A stretch of DNA of 64,000 bases from Prorocentrum cordatum. Its lineage: Eukaryota. The notes under the pieces are model-generated. The model was given only the letters and a program-made list of their open reading frames with translations, ran no database searches and was not told the DNA's origin. This document shows, piece after piece, positions 23,200-35,000 of the stretch. The translations under genes were made by a program, and so were the position numbers. The stretch's first letter is position 1; the number at the start of each line of letters is the position of its first letter. The stretch covers positions 1,178,001-1,242,000 of the forward strand of contig CAUYUJ010000114.1 in the NCBI GenBank assembly GCA_963575745.1, written 5' to 3'.

Positions 23200-25030
23200 G
23201 CGCAGAGGGCTCATTCTCGCAGGCAGCGGCAGCGACGAGCACCTCTGTGGCCAAGCGTTCGGAGCACAGCATCCGACGGTGCAGGAGGACCCCACGGCGC
23301 CCAAACTCACCACGGCGAGCGGCCAGAGGCTTGGCACCGAGGGGCCCGGGCGGGTCCCCATGGCCGTCGGTGGCGAGAAGGGTCGCCAGCCATGCGTGGG
23401 GAACCTCAGAGTGAGCAGCGACCTCGCCCCTCAGGATGCGGCGCTCAGCCTCGGGAAGCTGGCGCGCAAGCAGTTCAGGTTTGTCCTTGAGGAGAGTGAC
23501 CCGCACGCCGTGAACCTCAGGACGGGCGAGTGGGCAGACATGAAGCAAGTTGGCAACGCGTCCTACTTCGCTGCGCAGATCCACGACGCGATGGGCGAAG
23601 CCAAGCACGCCGCGGGCCCCGCCGGGGTCGCCGCTGCAGGTGCCGGTGGAGCTCCGCGGGGGCCAGCGCGAGGAGAGGGCCCCCCCCGCATCCAGAGGCT
23701 CGAGGGCCACGCGACCCAGCACCACCAGATGCAGGAGCTGCGCCACCTCAGGCGCTGGAGGCGGCGGCGCCACCACTGGCGCGGGAGGCGGCGGCGCCTC
23801 CACAGGCGCAGGAGGCGGCGGCGCCCGCGCAGGGCCGGGAGACACTTGCGGCAGCGCTTCCCCCAGGGCGGTCATACCTCGAGGGGCTTGGGCCGAGCTC
23901 GAGGATCGACGCCATGCAGAAGCGCCTCAAGGAGATCTACGCCCTGCACTACGGGACCGAGGCACAGTGCCGGGCGCGGCTCGTCGAGCACGAGGGCAGG
24001 CGCAAGGCGAGGGCGGCGACGGATGACTACCGCGAGCTAAGGCGCGAGGAGATGAGGCGCCAGGCGGAGACGGGGCAAGTGCAGGAGCCGACCGCGTTTC
24101 CCGACGTCCGCGAGCCGACGCCAGAGGAGAGACAGCGGCACGAGGAGAACCAGCACTGCCCACCGCGGCGCCGGTGCGAGCACTGCCCCACGAGCTGCTA
24201 GATGCGGAGGTGGAACGCCCCGCCGCGATCGGGTTCGACCTGGCGTTCTTCAAGGGCGAGGCGGGCGACGACGCGGAGGCGGGCCCCCGCGCCGAGGATG
24301 GCCAGAGTCAGGACGAGGAGGTGGCCCCAGTGATTGCAGATGCCGACGCGGGAGCCATGAGGAGCGCCGCGAAGCCTGACCGACGCGCTGACCCCTATAC
24401 GGTGGCAGCCACGGTGGCGCTCATCAAGGGCCTCTACCACCAGAAGGCCATCTTAAGGCCCGACCACGAGGACGTCATGATGGACCTGGCCGACAAGGTC
24501 GAGGCGGAGCTGCCCAGCCGTGCGGTCGCGAAGCCTGCCCCCACGTTCAGCTCCCAGTCGGACCCCTTCGAGAACGCCAGCGGCATCATCCAGGCGCAGT
24601 TTCGCACGAGCAGGAGCGCGCTGGAGGCGCGACCGGGGGCCAGGGTCCGCCCAGGCACGGCCGTGTACAAGTGGTCGCGGCGCCACGCGGGCTGGGCGCG
24701 CACCGGCCTGAGGATCAAGTCGAGCGGCCGCACCGCGCGCGAAGACCTCTTCGGCCACGCCTACACCAGGGAGGTTGCCACTCCATGGGAGTCCGTCCTG
24801 GCACGCGTGCCTAGGCGCAGGAATCGCAGGGCGAGAGGCAAGGTGCTCCACAAGGGCGACATGGGCTTCGCGAGGGCGGTCTGGTTAGGGAAGAGCTACG
24901 ACACCGACGAGCACATCTGCGCCATCGAGGCGCGTGAGCTGATCACGACGAGGACCGTCAAGAGGCTGCCCGAGGAGCGGAGGTTCAATTGCACAGTCGT
25001 GGCGGCGATCATGCACATGCCGTGGCAGCG
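23200..25030 (+). pseudogene. pol: copia protease and integrase (frameshifted)
   Basis: LILAGSGSDEHLC (degenerate DSG); HEENQHCPPRRRCEHC (HHCC); GFDLAF, LRPDHE, SQSDPFE (DDE-like); VWLGK..RTVKRLP. Confidence 0.78.
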
Positions 25031-25439
25031 CCGAGGGCAGGGCACGGTCCCGCGAGGGATCGAGCCGATCGTCGCGCCCCCTGCCGCTGCGGACGCCGAC
25101 CTGGCGGCGCAAGAGGCAGCGGAGGCACGGCCAGACCCTGCCGCCGCAGCCCAGTCCAGTGCACCCGCCACGCCAGGCGGGCCAGCGGCCCAGACGGGCT
25201 CGCCCATGGTGGCGCCCTCAGCCGGCGCGGCGGCCCAGACGTGCACGCCCACGGCGGCGCCCTGAACCGGCGCGGCGGCCGGCGCCGAGGCGCCTGCTGG
25301 GGACAGGCAGGCGGTGCCAGCAGCATCGAGGTCAGCTGCGGGAGGCGCTGGGGGCGACACCCCCATGACGCCGCGGGCTGCAGCGCCAGCGAGCGTGGCT
25401 CCGCAGTCACCTCCGATGGGCCGATCGCCGAAGCGACCT

Positions 25440-26820
25440 GCGGAGGCCTGAAGCAGCACGGGGTGAGCATGCTTGTCAAGCGGAGCGAGGCCGTCGGCAA
25501 GAGGATCAGTGCCCGCTGGGACCACGTCTACAAGTGGGACGCGAACCTCGGGTGTAGGGTCGCGAAGTCGAGGTACGTCGCGCGAGAGTTCAAGTGGCAG
25601 GAGTATCGCGACGACCTCTTCACGCCGGGGAGCAGCATGGCCGACAGCCGAGTGGTGGACTACGTGGCTCTGAAGCACGGATGGCCCACCTTCACAGTGG
25701 ACGCGGAGGACGCGTACTACCACGTCCCCGAGGAGGAGGACGCGCGGGTCGAGTGCCCACCTGAGATCCTGGAGGAGTGTCGCGCGAAGGGCGACGCCGA
25801 AGACTACGTCTGGCAGCTCGCGAAGCAGTTGCCAGGACGGCGTGCTGGAGGGAAGCGCTGGGTCGAGTTCGCCGCGGAGCAGCTCGTGGCCAGGGGCTTC
25901 GAGCGGTCGCCGACCGCGCCCCAGTTCTTCTGGCGCGCCAAGCTCCCATGTCTGGTGGAGCTACACATTGACGACATGTACGGCACCGCGCCTGGAGTTG
26001 CGGGGTCCGACTTCGCGCTGGACCTGGGCCGCAACATCGAGGTGAAGTGGCCAGGCCTGCAGGGCGAGGGTGCCGACTACGAGTTCCCCGAGAGGCGGCG
26101 CGCGCGGGAGGCCGGCGCCACTTACATCCAGCCCAACGAGAAGTACTTCACGAAGGCGCTGGAGGCGCTGGGCCTTGAGGAGGCCAACCCGCGCGCTACC
26201 CCAGGGGTGGAGGCACGCAGGGCAGGCAGAGATGACACGCCCGACCTCAGCCCAGACGAGGCTAAGCTGCTCAGGGGCGCGACCATGCGCCCGCTGTTCT
26301 ACTTGCATGATCGCGAGGACGCCCAGTTCGACATCAACTACCTGACCTCGCGCTCTCGTCGCCCCGTGAGGCGGACATGCGAGCCCTCGAGAGGCTGGCA
26401 AGGCACCTGGAGGGCACGAGGGACCTGGGCGCGAGGATGGCCAGGCCCACCACGCCGCAGGACATCGTCGACCTGGTCGCGTGGACGGATTCCGACTGGG
26501 CAGGCGACGCGAAAGAGAGGAAGAGCCAGACCAGCGTGCACGTCACCGCGCGCGGGTGTCCGATGCTCGGGATCAGCTGTCGTCAAGACGCGCAGTCCCT
26601 CAGCAGCTGCGAAGCCGAGTGGCACGCTGGAGCTCGAGGCCTCAGCGAGAGGCTTGGGCTGAAGGCGCTCTTCACGTTCATGGGCTACAGAGTGCGCATG
26701 AGCTGGCGATGCGACAGCTCGAGTGCGAGAGCGCTGGCGAGGCGTCAGGGCACTGGGCGAATCATGCACCTTGCCACCAAGACGCTCTGGACCCAGCAGC
26801 TAGTGGCCAAGAAGGTCATC
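25440..26820 (+). pseudogene. pol: copia reverse transcriptase and RNase H (frameshifted)
   Basis: KSRYVAREF, DAEDAYYH, LAKQLPGRR, LHIDDM; WTDSDWAG, SLSSCEAE, CDSSSA, GRIMHL. Confidence 0.9.
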
Positions 26821-26839
26821 GCCCAAGGCGGTACCCGCA

Positions 26840-27370
26840 GTGGCTGCGTCACTCCCCACCGCGGCGAAGGGGACTTCGACGGAGCTGTGCGAGGTTCCAC
26901 AGGAAATGGACGCGAGTGCGTTGACCCCGGTGAATTCACTGGGAGTCGCGACCAGGGGCCACCATGTGAGCCTGACCGTGCTGATGTCGGGCGTGAGCCT
27001 AGGGCTCATGCTTGCTGTGTTTGTGTTTTCTTTGATTTGCTGGTTCTGTCCGCGTGCGAGGCCGAGCTGGTGCCGCACGGGTGCCCTGCCGCGCGAGGGC
27101 GACGGCGGGGGGCCACATCCTGCTCTGGTCGAGGGGATGAGTGAGCCAGCAGTCAGAATCAAGTCTAAGAAGGGCGACCGCAGAAGGTCGGTTGCCACCC
27201 AGAGCCAGGTCAAGTATACCTGGAGGTCGACCAGCCCCCGTGTCCAGCCATTGGGACCCCGAGAGCAGGGGGCATGTTCCGAGTATGGCCTTGAGCTGTG
27301 CACTGTCTTGATGCGCTGCACGCGCATTCATAGACCTCCGCGACTTTGCGCCGAGGCACTGCGGGCTTAA
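26840..27370 (+). CDS. copia 3' extension with hydrophobic (putative transmembrane) segment
   Basis: VSLTVLMSGVSLGLMLAVFVFSLICWFC then RSVATQSQVKYTW..PRVQPL, between RNase H and 3' LTR. Confidence 0.5.
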   Translation: MAASLPTAAKGTSTELCEVPQEMDASALTPVNSLGVATRGHHVSLTVLMSGVSLGLMLAVFVFSLICWFCPRARPSWCRTGALPREGDGGGPHPALVEGMSEPAVRIKSKKGDRRRSVATQSQVKYTWRSTSPRVQPLGPREQGACSEYGLELCTVLMRCTRIHRPPRLCAEALRA

Positions 27371-27465
27371 GTTTCCTTTCCTAGAACCCTGAAGGGAGTG
27401 GTGACCCCGAGGGGTGTCCGAGGAGGAGCGGGCCCACCAACCGCTCCCCGCTCGGCCAGGCGGCG

Positions 27466-27588
27466 TGCTCGGGATCTTGTGCGTTTCGGACGCTGTCAAT
27501 TCAAGACCGCAGGCCCTTTTGTTCGAGTTGCGTGGAGGAAAAAAGCTCCAGGTTATGCTTTCCCCACGCTTCCGCGTAACTTCCGCCA
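27466..27588 (+). repeat. 3' LTR (123 bp)
   Basis: Direct repeat of 21921-22048. Confidence 0.9.
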
Positions 27589-27624
27589 CATTCGTCTTCG
27601 TGGCTGAGGTGCGAGCGCGAATCT

Positions 27625-27860
27625 GAAAGCCGAAACGGGCCGAAGCCGGCCGAAACGGGCCAGGACGAAACGGGCTGGAGCCGAAACGGGTCGGGACGAA
27701 ACGGGCCAGAGCCGAAACGGGCCGGGACGAAACGGTTTCAGGCCGAAACGGGCAGGGACGAAATGGGCCGAGGACGAAACGGACCGAAGTCGAAACGAAC
27801 GGATGAGGCCGAAACGGGCCGAAGCCGAAACTGGAGTCGGGGCCCGATTCGGCTCCGGCA
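27625..27860. repeat. Right arm of foldback-like element (ccgaaacgggcc units)
   Basis: Reverse complement of the units at 21715-21910. Confidence 0.7.
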
Positions 27861-28425
27861 CCTCGGATGAACAGGAAGCGAGGTCGGCAGCCTAAACGAA
27901 GCTCGGAAGGCTCCCGGACCGAACCCAGACCCGGCCGTAGACGCACCCGTCCTCATTCATAGTTATCCAACCGAACTCAGAGACGAGCGCACCACTGCAG
28001 CCAGAACCTCATAGATACAGTGCAAGCACAGTTTGGGGAATCAGGAGAGTATACGTGTGATATTCGGCGTCCGGGCCCCTGGGCCCAGCAGCAGCACACT
28101 TTTTCAAAATCCCCCTCTTCCGCAGGTACGCGCTTTAGCACCCCGGGGATATGTGGGGAGCCTGGCTGCCAGCGCAGCACCCAGCTGGCTCCAGACTGCA
28201 CCAGAGCGGCCCGAGTGGACGCTCCAGCTGAGCCCAAAGCGCCCCGGGACGACGGAGACGTTCGAGGACGGCCCAAGAGACTTCCGAGACTGGCCCAGGG
28301 GCCCAGAAATGACCCCTGAGAGGCCTCCGAGAGCAAGACGTCATGTATTTGACTGTGGCTGTTGGGTGCTTTTCGTACCTTCGTCGGCTCGGCCGCGAGA
28401 GGGCCGAAGATCGCCCGAAGGGTTT

Positions 28426-28462
28426 TCCGTAGCCACTTTGGCTCAAGTCATTTGGGCTCCAG
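28426..28462 (+). other. Two tandem relict spliced leaders
   Basis: TCCGTAGCCACTTTGGCTCAAG (21/22) followed by TCATTTGGGCTCCAG (degenerate 15-nt relic). Confidence 0.88.
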
Positions 28463-28494
28463 GGTCCTGCATCAAGGTCGTGCTCACGAAAGCG

Positions 28495-29299
28495 ATGTCT
28501 CCAGCTGGGAGCTGGCCACTGTTCGCCGCAACCTGCCTCTCGGCGCAGGGAGACTTGTTGAATCCTGACGAGATTGGCTCTGTTCGCTGGCCGTCCTTCA
28601 GCGGAGGGCTGCCAAACAGTACCTGCGAAGATCTGAACGCGTCCCAGGCATCGTTCAACAACGTTTCGAGGGTGGCGCTACTGTGCAGTGGCGCGTGGAG
28701 GCACCCGCTGCCAGACGATATCGCAAACAATCGGAGTCTTCCTCGAGGTTCGTGCACAGTCCGCCGCCTTGACGACGACGAAACAGACCCTTTTGCCAGC
28801 ATGACGCCCTCGCAGGACTTCCCAGCGCGCGACAATTTGACGAAGGTGTTCTACATCAACCTGGACGTGAGCACAGAGCGACGAGAGTTCATGGAGAAGC
28901 AGCTGAACGAGTCTGGGGTGCCATACGAGCGTTTCCCGGCCGTGCACGCCCAGGAGATCGCCGACGGGAAGTGGAACGACTATTACATCGACAACAACAT
29001 AACAGTTTGCCCAGGACTCAGAGGAAGGTGGGGTGCAGTTGCGTGCCCACTGAGCCACCGGCTGGTCTGGGAGAAGATCCTGTCCGAGGATCCTAACGGG
29101 ACTGGTGTTTATCTCGTGCTGGAGGATGATGCGGTTCTCCCTCCTGGATGGCCAAGAGCTGTCATGGAGCCTCTGCAGGTGGTACCGAACGATTGGACGC
29201 TCGTGAAATTGGGCATTTGGGGGGGTGTTGCTTGCGACGCGATGGTCAACGACTTCGTGGGCTTGGTCACTTCTCCAAAATTCACTGTCGTTGGCAATG

Positions 29300-29345
<46 letters not shown>

Positions 29346-29982
29346 TTCCGATGACGATAGTGGCAACGGTACTGACGACTTTGAGTCGAACTCCTCTTAT
29401 TATGACGACTGCAATGGTATTGGCGACAATATTTCTGATTGCGACGGTATCGAATATTCTTCGTATTATTATTCTGATTACTATTCTTATTATTACTATT
29501 ATTATGATGCCGGAGAACCCCAAGGTATTTACTGGTGGGCCGGAAGCGCGGCCAATTTGGTCTCGCCAGTGTCCCTCCCCACGCTCCTTCGTTCCACGTG
29601 GTGGCGGAACTCGTGCGAGCACGATGTGAACCTGTTCAGCCACGGCGCAGCCCGGAACTACGCGCTGGCGCAGCCCGTCGTCTCCAGTGGCAGCTTCGGC
29701 AGCGTCAGGCTCCACATCGATGCGTCCGCCAACGCCTCCGGCCCGGCCGACGTCCTCTTCGAGGCCCCAGCTGCCGCAGGGCTCCTGGGCGCCGCTGCGG
29801 CGGACGCCCGCGGAGCCGGAGGCCGCGCCGCCGCACTGCCCGCGGGGGGCCGCGGTGCCCCGTGGCTCCTGGCCGGCGCGGCGATGGCCGGGCTGCTGGC
29901 CGCCACCCGCGCGGGCGCCGCCCGTGCGCGCGGGGCGCGCCGCGGCTACCGCGGGGTGGCCGCCGTCGACCGCGCGGTGTGA
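28495..29982 (+). CDS. Glycosyltransferase family 25 protein, intronless retrogene
   Basis: VFYINLD..RREFM..QL..YERFPAV; GAVACPLSHRLVWEKI; YLVLEDDA; in-frame ATG 28495 just after SL relics; signal-like N-terminus and hydrophobic C-terminal segment. Confidence 0.85.
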
Positions 29983-30425
29983 CGCCTCGCTGCACCGCGG
30001 CGGCTGCTTCGTTGCCATTGAGGCCCCGCGGCTCTCTCGGGTGCCAGGCCGTGGGCACGGGGCTCGCAAGGCCGTCCGTGGTCGGGGTCGGTGTGCGCAC
30101 CTGTCGGGGGGGAGGGGGGGGCACAGAGCTGCCTGGCCCCAGTCGTGCTGGCCTCGGCGTCCTGGCGAGAGGCTCCATGGTGCCGCCAGGCCGTTCGCTG
30201 AGCTGCGGATCCGCATGTTGCGCGAGGGGCAGAGTGAGAAGGCCCCCCAAAAGAATACCCCAAACAGGTCAGAAAATATTCAAAACATAGTCCCCAGACT
30301 ATTTTAGAACTATTTTTTGACTATTTTTGGTGTTCTTTATTTTTAGTCGAAAATCCCCCTGTAGGGGGACACGCCCGACATAAGCCCAGGAGGGCCTCTC
30401 AGGACCCCAGGCGGGTCCCCTCCTT

Positions 30426-30469
30426 GCCCATTCTGGTTCAAGCATTGGGCTCAAGCCATTTGGCTGAAG
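30426..30469 (+). other. Three tandem degenerate SL relics
   Basis: gcCCATTCTGGTTCAAG-CATTGGGCTCAAG-CCATTTGGCTGAAG versus CCATTTTGGCTCAAG. Confidence 0.72.
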
Positions 30470-31080
30470 AGATTCATTGGCTTACGCCGCACCTCCGATC
30501 CCTTGAGGCGGCAGCAAGAGTGAAAGACGGAGTCCGCGGAACGCGCGCGATCGCTGGGCAATCTTGGGGGTTCGGCCTGTCCTTCGTAGCGTGTGGGGTT
30601 CAAGGGGGGGCCTTGTAGGGGATTGTTTTGAAGTTTTTCGTGGTCTTATGAGGGTTTCTCGGGGCATTCACGGGGCCTGTCCCAGGCCTCCTTTTCCACC
30701 GCTTGGATAGGCTCTGGGATCGTTGAGACCCAGCTGGGGATACGTCCGGCCAGAAGTTCGAGAGTGGACCCAGTTGTGTCGACGAGGAGCTTCCTGAAGG
30801 CCCAGAGGGGGCGGAGAGCGCCCAAGAACTAGGAGTCTCATGCCTCGAGCCTCGATCTAGTTTATGTTCCTTCCTTTGCGAAGGGGTGGCATCCCCAATC
30901 AGAGCTTGCCTCTGTAGGGGTCCTAGCGGATTAAAGGGTTAGGTGAGGTGCGTCGCCGATTTCGGTGGCCGGGCCCAGGTGCCCGGGTGCCCGGCGGTGC
31001 CCGGGTGCCCGGGTGGCCAGTGAGGTGCGTGGCCGATTTCGGTGGCCGGGCCCGGGTGCCAGGGTGCCCGGGGGTGCCCA

Positions 31081-31415
31081 ATAGCCCAGTAGCCCTATAG
31101 CCCTACAGCCCCATAGCCCTATAGCCCTATAGCCCTGTAACCCTGTAGCCCTATAGTCTTATAGCCCTATAGCCCTAATGCCTTATATCCCTATAGCCCT
31201 ATAGCCCCATAGCCCATATAGCTCTATAGCCCCATAGCCCTACAGCCCTATGGCCCTATAGGTCACCGTCCTATTGCCCTATAGCCCGATAGCCCTACAG
31301 CCCTATAGCCCGATAGCCCTATTGCCCTATAGCCCTATAGCCCGCCCTATAGCCCGAGAGCCCTATAGCCCGATAGCCCTATAGCCCGATAGCCCTATAG
31401 CCCGATAGCCCTGTA
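31081..31415. repeat. (ATAGCCCT)n 8-9-mer minisatellite
   Basis: Tandem atagccct / atagcccg units. Confidence 0.9.
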
Positions 31416-32099
31416 GCGCATCGGTGCCTGCCGCTCGGGCCGATTACAAAGGGAGCCATTGGAAGATTAAAAAAATCTGAGTGGGTTCTTTCTCCGGTAT
31501 CATTATGTTCCTTCCTTTGCGAAGGGGTGGCACCGGCCAGGGAGGTCGATCCTCATCCCGGACCCTCGGTGGTGGTCCTGGGCACCGAAAACGGCTCCTG
31601 GAGGCCGGATTCGAGGAGATGAGACCTCGAAAATTTGTGAGACGTCGGCGGCGACGACGAAATCTTCTTTCTTGATTTCCTATTCCTCCTCCTATTCCTC
31701 TTCCTCGTCCTTCTCCTCTTCTTCTTCTCGGTCGAGGTAGATGCCCGCGGCAGTTCCGGCCGCCTTTCCAGAGATTTTTGTTGAACAGCTTTTGTTTCTG
31801 ACACGTTTCGGTCTCCGGGGGCCGCTGCCGGGCCCCAGGACTTTCAGCGGACCCGGGGAGAGGTTCGGGGAACGAATTTGTGCGGAGTAGCCCGTCGGAC
31901 TCGGGAGGCTTGTTGTGGTTGGGAGTGTTCCGGGCCCCTCCCCTGTCGCCGCGGCTGGATGCACTTGGGAAAACGATTGCGAGTGAATTTCAGGAAGCGC
32001 CCGGGGGGGCCACGGTGAACGATTTTTGCGTGGGGACTAGAGAAGAATTCCGTTGCAGAGTCTTATTCTTTTCAGTTTTTTCGTGGTTTCCGTCGTCGA

Positions 32100-35000
32100 A
32101 GGGCCGCTTCCGGGCCCCGGGGTCATTCGGGGGCATTGTGGATCCCCGTCAGGGCCTTTGGGGTGCATCTAGGCGCCCTTTCATGCTTTCTCGGGGCGAA
32201 GTGCTCGAATTCCATTCGGGTTTCCCTTCGTGCCCTCCTCTTGGGGCCGTGGGGCTCTCCCTGGTGGATTCGGGGGCCCTGTTGGGGCCCGTTTGTGCCG
32301 TCTTGGAGCCCTCTTGGGGGCATGCGGCGGTTTTTGGGTTGATGTTGTAGGTTTTTTGGGGTTGTTGCGTGACTCGTGAAAGCTCAAGAAGCGAATGTGT
32401 TGAATTTCGACGTTTCCCTTCGGGCCTCTTGGGACGCGTCCTGGTGGCGTGTTGGGGCGTCTAGGGGGCCTCAGGGGTCAGCTGGAGGCAATGGCGGGCG
32501 TCTGGGAGCGATCTCCTCACGAGTCGTAATTCGCGCTCTGGAGCTGTCGGGGGAGCCTTGCGGGACCAACCCGGGGACTTTTTGGGGGTCGCCTTGGGGC
32601 CGTCCTGGGTCGGTTTCGTGGCTTCTGGGGCCTCTTGGCGCTCATTTGGGTTGTCTTGGAGTCCTTTTAGAAGTTTTGGGGGTCCTATTGGGTTGATCTG
32701 GAAGGCTTCTTGGGCTGTTGTGGGCCTCGTGAAAGCCGAAGAGGCGAACGTGCTGGAAATGTATGTTGTCCATAGAAAACGAGACGCTTTTTGCATATGG
32801 AAAGCTTCTTGGGACGTCTCCGGTTGGTTTCGTGGGCCGTTTTGGGGGGCCTGTAGGACCGCCCAGGAGGCAATTTGGAGCGTCTTGGAGCGATCTCTCG
32901 ACGACTCGTAGCCCTCGAGGGCCGTCCAGGAGGCCTTTCGGGACCCTCTTTGCCCATGCTGGAGCCTTGTTGAGGCCGTCCTGCAGCTCTCCTGGGCCGT
33001 TGCGGTTGTTTGGGGGGCCTTCGCGGGGCCTTCGCTGGCCGTCTTGGAGCCTTCTTGGGGGCCTCTTAGGTTATTTGGGGTCGCTCTTGGAGGATTCTTG
33101 GGCCATTGTGGGCCTCGTGAAAGGCCAAGAGGCGAGTGCGCTTAAAGTATATGTTGTGCCCGTAGGGGATGGTACGATTTGTGTTTCTGGAAGGCGTCTT
33201 GGTGGCTTCTTGGGGCGTCTTGGGGGCTTCTGGGGCTGCCTGGAGGCAATCCTCGGCGTTGTGGAACGATCCTTCGTCGGCTCATAGCTTTATTGGACCG
33301 TTCCGGAAGCCTCTTGGACCTTTGGGCTCGTTTTGGGGCCCCTTCAGGTTCCAAGTGTGCGGCCCGCACCTTTACCCCCCACCTCCCCCCCTCCGAACCG
33401 GCCGACTGGGCTCCCGGGGAGGCGTTTGGGGAGGGGGAAGCATCTCACACGCCGTGGCCCCAGGGGGTCGGCGGACCTCGGGACCCGAGTCCAAGCGCAA
33501 CCGCCTGGCGTGAACAACATTGCAACGCTTGGAGCTTAGGGGAGGAGCAGGAGAAGGACGAGGGCATGGACGCAAACGTGTCCGCAGCTTCAAAGTTGCG
33601 AGGAGGAGGAGGAGGAGGAGGAGGAGAAGGAAGAGGAGGAGGAGGAGGAGGACGATGAGGAGGAGGAGGAGGAGGAGGAGGAGGAGGAGGAGGAGGAGGA
33701 GGAGGAGGAGGAGGAGGAGGAGGAGGAGGGGGGGGGGGGGAGGAGGAGCTATGCTTATATCTCAGGGGACGGTCTGTGCATGGCGCCCGTGGAGGCTCGG
33801 ATACCGAAGCCCGCGCCGCGGCCCCATGTCGGGGGTGGCTACAGGTGCCCTCGGCCCACGGTGCCCCCAGCTTTTCGATGCATTCGGGTGTCCCCTCGGA
33901 CCCTTTTCGCGGTGCCGTCCTCGGGCCTTCCTTGGTGGATTCAGGGGCCCTCTTGGGGCCCTTTTGGGGCCGTCTGGGGGCTTTCTTGGAGGCACATGAG
34001 GTTTCCTTGGGCTGATTTGGGGATCTTCTTGGACCGTTGTGAGCCGCGTGACAGGCCAAGAAGCGAAAGCGCTAAACTTGGGCGCTTCCCTTAGGGAACG
34101 GGCCGAGGTTTGCTTCTGGGAGCCTTTTGGGACGCGTCCTGGTGACGTGTTGGGGCGTGCAGGGGGCTTTTTGGGTCGTCCGGAGGCAATGTCGGACGTC
34201 TTGGAGCGATCTCTTCACTAGTCGTAGCCCTTTGGGGCCGTCGGGAGAGCCCCTTGGGGCCGTCCTGGGGCCCTCCTCGGCGGCTGCGGGGGCCGTCTTA
34301 GTGACCTTTTGGGCCGTCTGGGAGCCCTCTTGGAGGCATGTGGGGTTCCCTTGAAGTGATTTGGAAGTTTCTTGGGTTGCTGTGGGCCTCGTGGGAGGCC
34401 AAGAAGTGAATGTACTAAACCTGTACGTTTTCCACAGGGAATGGGCCGACGTTTGCTTGTGGAGGGCCTCCTGGGTCGCGTCCTGACGGCGTGTTGGGGC
34501 GCGCGAGGGGTTTCAGGGGCCGTGTGCAAGGCCGAGGGGCGAACGTGTTGGAAACGTGTGATTTCCATCGAGAATTGGACGATTGTTGCTTATGGAAGGC
34601 TTCTTGGGACGCCTCTGGGTAGCGTCTTGAGGCGTTTTGGGGGCCTGTAGGGTTGTCGGGAGGCAACGTTGAACGACTTGGGACATTGTTGAACGACTTG
34701 GGCCGACCAGGAGGCCTTTCAAGAGCCCTCGTGGCCAGTCTTGGGGCCCTCTTGGGACCGTCCTGCGGCTTTCCAGGGCCGTTGCTATGGTTTCTGGGGC
34801 CTTCGTGGGGCGCCCGGAGGCCGTCTGGGAACCCTCTTGAAAGCCTCTGGGCTGTAGGGGGTCGATGTTGAATGGTTCTTGGGCCGTCGTAGGCTTTGTG
34901 GAAGGCCAAGAGGCGAATATGCTGAACATGTTTGTTTTCCCTCGGGAATGGGACGATGTGTGCTTCTGGTTTCTGGAGGCCTTCGTGGAGCGCCTCGTAG

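Larger units (their letters stand above)
21921..27588 (+). mobile_element. Ty1/copia LTR retrotransposon, both LTRs present, degenerate
   Basis: TG..CA LTRs 21921-22048 and 27466-27588; TSD CATGC / CATTC; PBS; domain order gag-PR-IN-RT-RH. Confidence 0.93.

Noticed and set aside
28033..28494. N-terminal extension of the GT25 ORF
   Set aside because: Runs through repeat DNA and the SL relics; ATG 28495 is the more plausible start
31081..31415. True telomere
   Set aside because: Unit is not TTTAGGG and the array is internal
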